NCBI GenBank assembly: GCA_042217585.1
Contig: JBDGSJ010000017.1
Span: 25,726 to 36,388 of the forward strand
Direction: 5' to 3'
Length of the DNA stretch: 10,663 bases
Source of the DNA: Candidatus Nanohaloarchaea archaeon
Lineage (GTDB): Archaea > Nanohalarchaeota > Nanosalinia > Nanosalinales > Nanosalinaceae
The notes beneath the pieces are model-generated. The model was not told where the DNA came from, searched no databases, and was given only the letters and a program-made list of their open reading frames with translations. The stretch's first letter is position 1; each line of letters begins with the position of its first letter. Made by a program: the position numbers and the translations under genes. Shown piece by piece: positions 6,727 to 10,663 of this stretch.

Positions 6727-7635
6727 CTACTTCAGGCTGAATACTTCCGCCTCAACCATCCTGCCAGGACCGCATGATTTCGAACCAGCGACCAGGCTCA
6801 ACCGTATCTTCTCACCCGTCCTGTCGAAGAACCTTGAAAGGTTCATCCTGTAGATATGCCTCTCCTTCCTCACCGGGACCTTCACAACGACGCTGTTCCC
6901 GGACCGGTTCACCGACCTCGAGGCCGTGTCCAGGTAGAAGTAAGACACCTTTTTCCCACCTCTCCGGAACTTGACGGCCAGGTAACCGTCAGACCTTGAA
7001 TCGCCTATCCTCTCCACGTCCATCTCCAGCCTGATGACGTCCTTGAAGTATATCTGCTGCCTCAGCTCGACCCAGCACGAATGGGAATACCTGTCAGATG
7101 CGTCAGCCTCCACCCTGAGATGGTCGCCGACCTCGATCAACGTGTCACTGGCCAGTGAAGGAGCATTGTAGCGCCTTTCCCAGACCATAATCCTGCCGTT
7201 CAGGAATTCGAACTGGGGATTCATCACACCCCTGAACATCGAAGCCGTCGTGAATACCTCCGATTTCTTCCCCCGGAAGGTCCCGTTCCTGATCACGAAG
7301 ACGTAGGTCTTCTCGTGGATGCCCGGCGCCCGGTCCGGGAACTTCAACCAGTAGGTGAAGTTTTCCCCCGGCCTCAGCACAGACTCGTTGAGGCTCTCCA
7401 TCGGCGCGAGGACCTTGCCCCTCCTCAGGAACATGAAGGCAGGTCTGAAAGGCTCCTCGCCGTGGTACTCGACGTTCACCTGGACGATCCTTTCCCCGTC
7501 GACGTAGGTCACCCCACCCTCCGGTATATCCACCTCCACGGGAATAGTGGAACTCTGAAGATCCATGACCAGGTAGAAGGCCAGCGACACCAGGAAAACG
7601 AGGACCGCCGCCGCGAGCTTCCTCCTCCTTTTCAA
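6727..7635 (-). CDS. Hypothetical membrane-anchored, beta-rich extracellular protein, 302 aa
   Basis: TTG start overlapping the upstream stop (TTGA) with an SD-like GGTGAGGGG; MKRRRK plus a hydrophobic helix; N-glycosylation sequons NES, NFT, NGT, NRS, NLS. Confidence 0.8.
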   Translation of the reverse strand: MKRRRKLAAAVLVFLVSLAFYLVMDLQSSTIPVEVDIPEGGVTYVDGERIVQVNVEYHGEEPFRPAFMFLRRGKVLAPMESLNESVLRPGENFTYWLKFPDRAPGIHEKTYVFVIRNGTFRGKKSEVFTTASMFRGVMNPQFEFLNGRIMVWERRYNAPSLASDTLIEVGDHLRVEADASDRYSHSCWVELRQQIYFKDVIRLEMDVERIGDSRSDGYLAVKFRRGGKKVSYFYLDTASRSVNRSGNSVVVKVPVRKERHIYRMNLSRFFDRTGEKIRLSLVAGSKSCGPGRMVEAEVFSLK

Positions 7636-8837
7636 GACCCCTCACCCAGGTAGACCCTCATGATCACCATATAGACCATCGGGAAGAAAAATACCAGGTA
7701 GTTCAAGGAGAACCTGTAGTTGAACCAGAGGATCGCCACCGGGGCCATCCAGACCGTCCATTTCAACCTCTCGAAGTAAAGGTAGTACGCTAAGAGGTAA
7801 ACCGCGGTGAAACCCGCCATCGCGAACGTGAAGAAACTCTTCGATACCTCCAGGCGGGACCTCAACGCCAGCAGGGCCAGCCCCCTGCCCTTCATGGCCA
7901 GAGGGACCTGCGAGAACAGTGGATCCAGCACCCCTTTCAGCCACGCCACAGGCGAGACAAGGACGAAGGGCATGTTGAACAGTAGGAATGCGCCCCCTCC
8001 GTACAGCACCATCGTCCTCATATCACTGTAAAACTCCTTCAGACCGTCGCTCTCCCTGTAAAGCCAGACCGCGAGGAACGGCGCGATGAACCAGGGGATC
8101 TGCTTTACCGCGAAACTGGCCGCCAGGAACACCGCGGAAAGCCGTAGATCCCTCCGCCAGTAGATCATGCTGAGAACCAGCGGGAACAGCCAGATAAAAC
8201 CCCATAAACTCCCCCCAATGACCGCCGGGTTAAATGTCCGGCTGACGGTCACCACCATCAGCGGCGCCGACATCAGGTAGTAAGGCGACTGCCACATCAT
8301 CACCAGTATCAGCGAAAGCGTCACGACCCCTAGCGTCAGCCTTGCATCGACTATACCCAGGGCCCTCTGCGGCACAAGACTGTAGAACGACAGGGCCGGA
8401 TAAGAAATCGTCCTCACCTTGCTCCCGTCCATCCTGTTCGTTATAAACGGATCACCCGGCAGGCTCTCCGCACCCTTCATGGAAACCCTGTAAGGGTTCT
8501 TCCCCTCCAGCACCAGGTCCGCCGAATGGGTCATGTACGTCAGGGAATCGATACCCATCGAGTAACCATCCATACCCACCAGCCAGAAAACCGAGACCGC
8601 CAACACCAGGAAACCAGCATAACTCAGCAGGACGAAAACCTTCTCGGACCTGAAACCGGCGACACTGGAGAAAAGGAACAGGAGAGCCGTCAGGAACACC
8701 AGCATGTAAACAGCGACGCCCATACCAAAACCCGACTCCCTCAGAAAAACACTGGAAAGACGGAAAAGACCTATACCAGTCAGGAACAGCGTAAGAGAAC
8801 CTATCAGACCTTCCTCCCTTGACAGTTCCCCAGCCAT
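7632..8837 (-). CDS. Polytopic membrane protein, GT-C-type glycosyltransferase-like (GT87/DUF2029-like), ~401 aa
   Basis: About 10-11 TM segments; external loop GID...Y....AD.VLEGKNPY, YPALSF and AVKQIPW patterns recognised from GT87-like proteins. Start set at ATG 8837 (MAGELS). Confidence 0.7.
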   Translation of the reverse strand: MAGELSREEGLIGSLTLFLTGIGLFRLSSVFLRESGFGMGVAVYMLVFLTALLFLFSSVAGFRSEKVFVLLSYAGFLVLAVSVFWLVGMDGYSMGIDSLTYMTHSADLVLEGKNPYRVSMKGAESLPGDPFITNRMDGSKVRTISYPALSFYSLVPQRALGIVDARLTLGVVTLSLILVMMWQSPYYLMSAPLMVVTVSRTFNPAVIGGSLWGFIWLFPLVLSMIYWRRDLRLSAVFLAASFAVKQIPWFIAPFLAVWLYRESDGLKEFYSDMRTMVLYGGGAFLLFNMPFVLVSPVAWLKGVLDPLFSQVPLAMKGRGLALLALRSRLEVSKSFFTFAMAGFTAVYLLAYYLYFERLKWTVWMAPVAILWFNYRFSLNYLVFFFPMVYMVIMRVYLGEGS

Positions 8838-8860
8838 CACACCAAGAAGTATCGAACGGG

Positions 8861-8898
8861 AAGATAATAAAAACAACACAAGAAGAAAGGAGAGAAGA
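8861..8898 (-). terminator. Pyrimidine/T-rich terminator after the S-layer gene, possibly doubling as a TATA box for the GT-C gene
   Basis: Minus strand TCTTCTCTCCTTTCTTCTTGTGTTGTTTTTATTATCTT; TTTATTAT lies about 28-35 nt upstream of ATG 8837. Confidence 0.45.
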
Positions 8899-8912
8899 TA
8901 TGGGTCAGGCCA

Positions 8913-10663
8913 TCACTGGCCCGTCGAAACCTGGACCGTCCGCTTGCCCTGAAGCCTCTCAGCGTGATCCTGATAGTTCGCCAGGAAGTCAGCCGCCGCA
9001 GTCGTGTCCTCCGCCTGCGCACCGGCGACCACCAGAGCATGCTCGCCCTGAGCGAACGCATCATTCACAAGATCCAGGATACCGACATCCGGATTCGCCT
9101 GGTACTGGTCCTGAGTCCACGTCTTGCCCGCCTGAGCAAGCTGCTGCGTCAGATCGTTCACAGCAGGACCACCGACCAGGATCAGATCCTGCGACTGCCT
9201 CTCACCCTGAGAGACCTCGGAGTCAAGGGCCGCAGAATCAGGCCACGAAGTCGGCGTCTTCACCGTACCCGACGAACTCTCCGACACAGAACCGAAAGCG
9301 AACCTGGCCTGAAGCTTCTTCTCCGGATGAGTCACGGAGACAGGACCACGCGAACCAGTACTCACCACAGTACCGAAGCTGGTCCTCGCCTCCTTGTTGT
9401 CCGAAGATAGGTCGGAGAGACCGTCAAGAAGGACCTTGTTCACGTCACCCGAACTGTAGCTCACCTTGAAGTCCTCACCATCGGCGTTCGCCGAGTAACC
9501 GTTACCGTCCTCGTCAACACGGACGTACGGCGTCCCACCGGAGGTCATGTAGCCGAGGTCCGCTCCTTCCAGGGTGTCAAGCTGGGCATCGGACCCGCTG
9601 ACACGCAGCTTCTCCTCGCCAGACGCAGAATTGAACGAGGTCGTCAGCGAGAAACCGTAACCCGTCGACTTCGTCGTCTTACCATCACCGACAGCAACCT
9701 TCTGACTGTACGTCTTGTAACTCAGCGTAGCCTCATCCTTGCTGTCATCGAACTCGATCTTCACCGGATGACCGGAGACATCAACGTAGACCGTCTTGTC
9801 ACCCGAACCATCCTTCAGGATTCCACCAGGCTCAGAACCTGCGATCAGGACATCAGTACCGGCCTCAAACGTCTGGTCCGTATCAGTGTCATTCGCAACG
9901 ATATCCGCCGAGGACTCCCACGTACTGTCACCATCATCCTGGAAAGCAATCTGGCTCCACGGATTTGTTGTGGTTAGTGAGGTCCCGGCGCCCGGAGCAG
10001 TACCACCAATCATATTGTCCGCCTGCCCTGTGTAAACGTTATCGCTGTCATCGTCAAGGTAAACCTCGTCGCCTGTGGTGTAACCACCGGACGAATCCTT
10101 ATCGTAGAACCGGGCCGACGTGGAAAGCGTCAGGAGATTGTCGCCGGCGTCTCTGTCCGCAGCCCCTTCATCGTTGACGACGCTGTCGCCTGTCGCGGTG
10201 TAGACCCCATCACTGTCGTCGTCGGTGACGATGACATCGTTCCCGGACTCCCACTGTCCGCCGGTACCTGAGTCGTTGAACATGACGGTGGTGAACGGGT
10301 TGGTAGTCGTCAAGGATGTTCCTGCTGTCGCGGGGGCGTTCCCGAGCGTTACACCCGCCAGTTTGTTATCCGGCCCTCCGGAGTACGTCATTTCGCCGTC
10401 GACGGATTCGTCGAAGATATCCTCACCGTTGACCCAGTCACCTGTACTGTCCTCGTTGTTGTAAACGAGGTTGCCGGTACCGTCCAGGAGCGTCAATGAT
10501 GCACCGGCCGATGCTGCATCACCGGAGACTGACGAATCAACCTGTGTGGACAGAGTTCCTGCGCCTGCTGTCTGCTCCCAGAAGATGTCCTCTCCTTCAT
10601 CGTACGTATTTGCTGTGGCCCCCGTTTCAGCGTGAGCAAAATTAGTTCCAGCGATTGTTCCTG
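8913..10663 (-). CDS. S-layer protein, 3' part (5'-truncated by the window edge; >580 aa visible)
   Basis: The frame is open to the window end, so TTG 10496 is not the true start. The C-terminus AALDSEV...DLILVGGPAVNDLT..L...AF..G..ALVVAG....DT..AA..L matches the Methanococcus/Thermococcus/DPANN S-layer C-terminal domain. D/G/S/T-rich composition. Confidence 0.85.
   Translation of the reverse strand, partial: GTIAGTNFAHAETGATANTYDEGEDIFWEQTAGAGTLSTQVDSSVSGDAASAGASLTLLDGTGNLVYNNEDSTGDWVNGEDIFDESVDGEMTYSGGPDNKLAGVTLGNAPATAGTSLTTTNPFTTVMFNDSGTGGQWESGNDVIVTDDDSDGVYTATGDSVVNDEGAADRDAGDNLLTLSTSARFYDKDSSGGYTTGDEVYLDDDSDNVYTGQADNMIGGTAPGAGTSLTTTNPWSQIAFQDDGDSTWESSADIVANDTDTDQTFEAGTDVLIAGSEPGGILKDGSGDKTVYVDVSGHPVKIEFDDSKDEATLSYKTYSQKVAVGDGKTTKSTGYGFSLTTSFNSASGEEKLRVSGSDAQLDTLEGADLGYMTSGGTPYVRVDEDGNGYSANADGEDFKVSYSSGDVNKVLLDGLSDLSSDNKEARTSFGTVVSTGSRGPVSVTHPEKKLQARFAFGSVSESSSGTVKTPTSWPDSAALDSEVSQGERQSQDLILVGGPAVNDLTQQLAQAGKTWTQDQYQANPDVGILDLVNDAFAQGEHALVVAGAQAEDTTAAADFLANYQDHAERLQGKRTVQVSTGQ
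9822..10644 (-). repeat. Tandem ~45-60 aa Asp-rich protein repeats (at least 5) within the S-layer ORF
   Basis: Consensus [FY]xDx(3-5)Gx[WY]xxG[ED][DE][IV]xxDxDxDxx[YF]xxxxDxx[LIV]xG...AGxxL; AGTSLTTTNP occurs twice, 336 nt apart. Confidence 0.8.

Noticed and set aside
7600..7635. Twin-arginine (Tat) signal in MKRRRKLAAAV
   Set aside because: Lacks the RRxFL consensus and a clear cleavage site; more simply a positive-inside signal anchor.
8526..9469. Long plus-strand ORFs opposite the GT-C and S-layer genes
   Set aside because: Shadow frames; those in register with the sense codons follow from the near absence of A-ending codons, and the translations are low-complexity.
10494..10496. TTG start of the S-layer ORF
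   Set aside because: The frame stays open to the window end, the repeat pattern continues, and there is no signal peptide at this position.
1..10663. CRISPR array, IS element, rRNA or recognisable defence system
   Set aside because: No regularly spaced DNA repeats, terminal inverted repeats, transposase/integrase motifs or rRNA-like sequence found by eye.

Overview
A gene-dense, GC-rich archaeal chromosomal window with mostly acidic (halophile-type) proteins. The best fit is a Nanohaloarchaeota/DPANN-like halophile, inferred from protein composition, compact gene packing and an S-layer C-terminus of Methanococcus/Thermococcus type rather than haloarchaeal type. In order: a 5'-truncated, frameshifted thymidylate-kinase-family gene (+); an MFS transporter and a stand-alone folC (-); tRNA-Glu(TTC) (-); a small membrane-anchored hypothetical (-); a HIT-ZIP-degenerate NUDIX operon (+); an isolated rpl18e-rpl13-rps9-rpoN operon with its own promoter (-); and a cell-surface locus (-) comprising an unusually basic membrane-anchored protein, a GT-C (GT87/DUF2029-like) membrane protein and the 3' part of a large S-layer gene. 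The most notable signal is the S-layer gene, which looks like a mosaic: a conserved C-terminal S-layer module joined to an array of ~55-aa Asp-rich repeats with sharply different codon usage, followed by a candidate two-gene surface-glycosylation module. No mobile element or CRISPR array was seen. All counts are by hand and no database searches were run.
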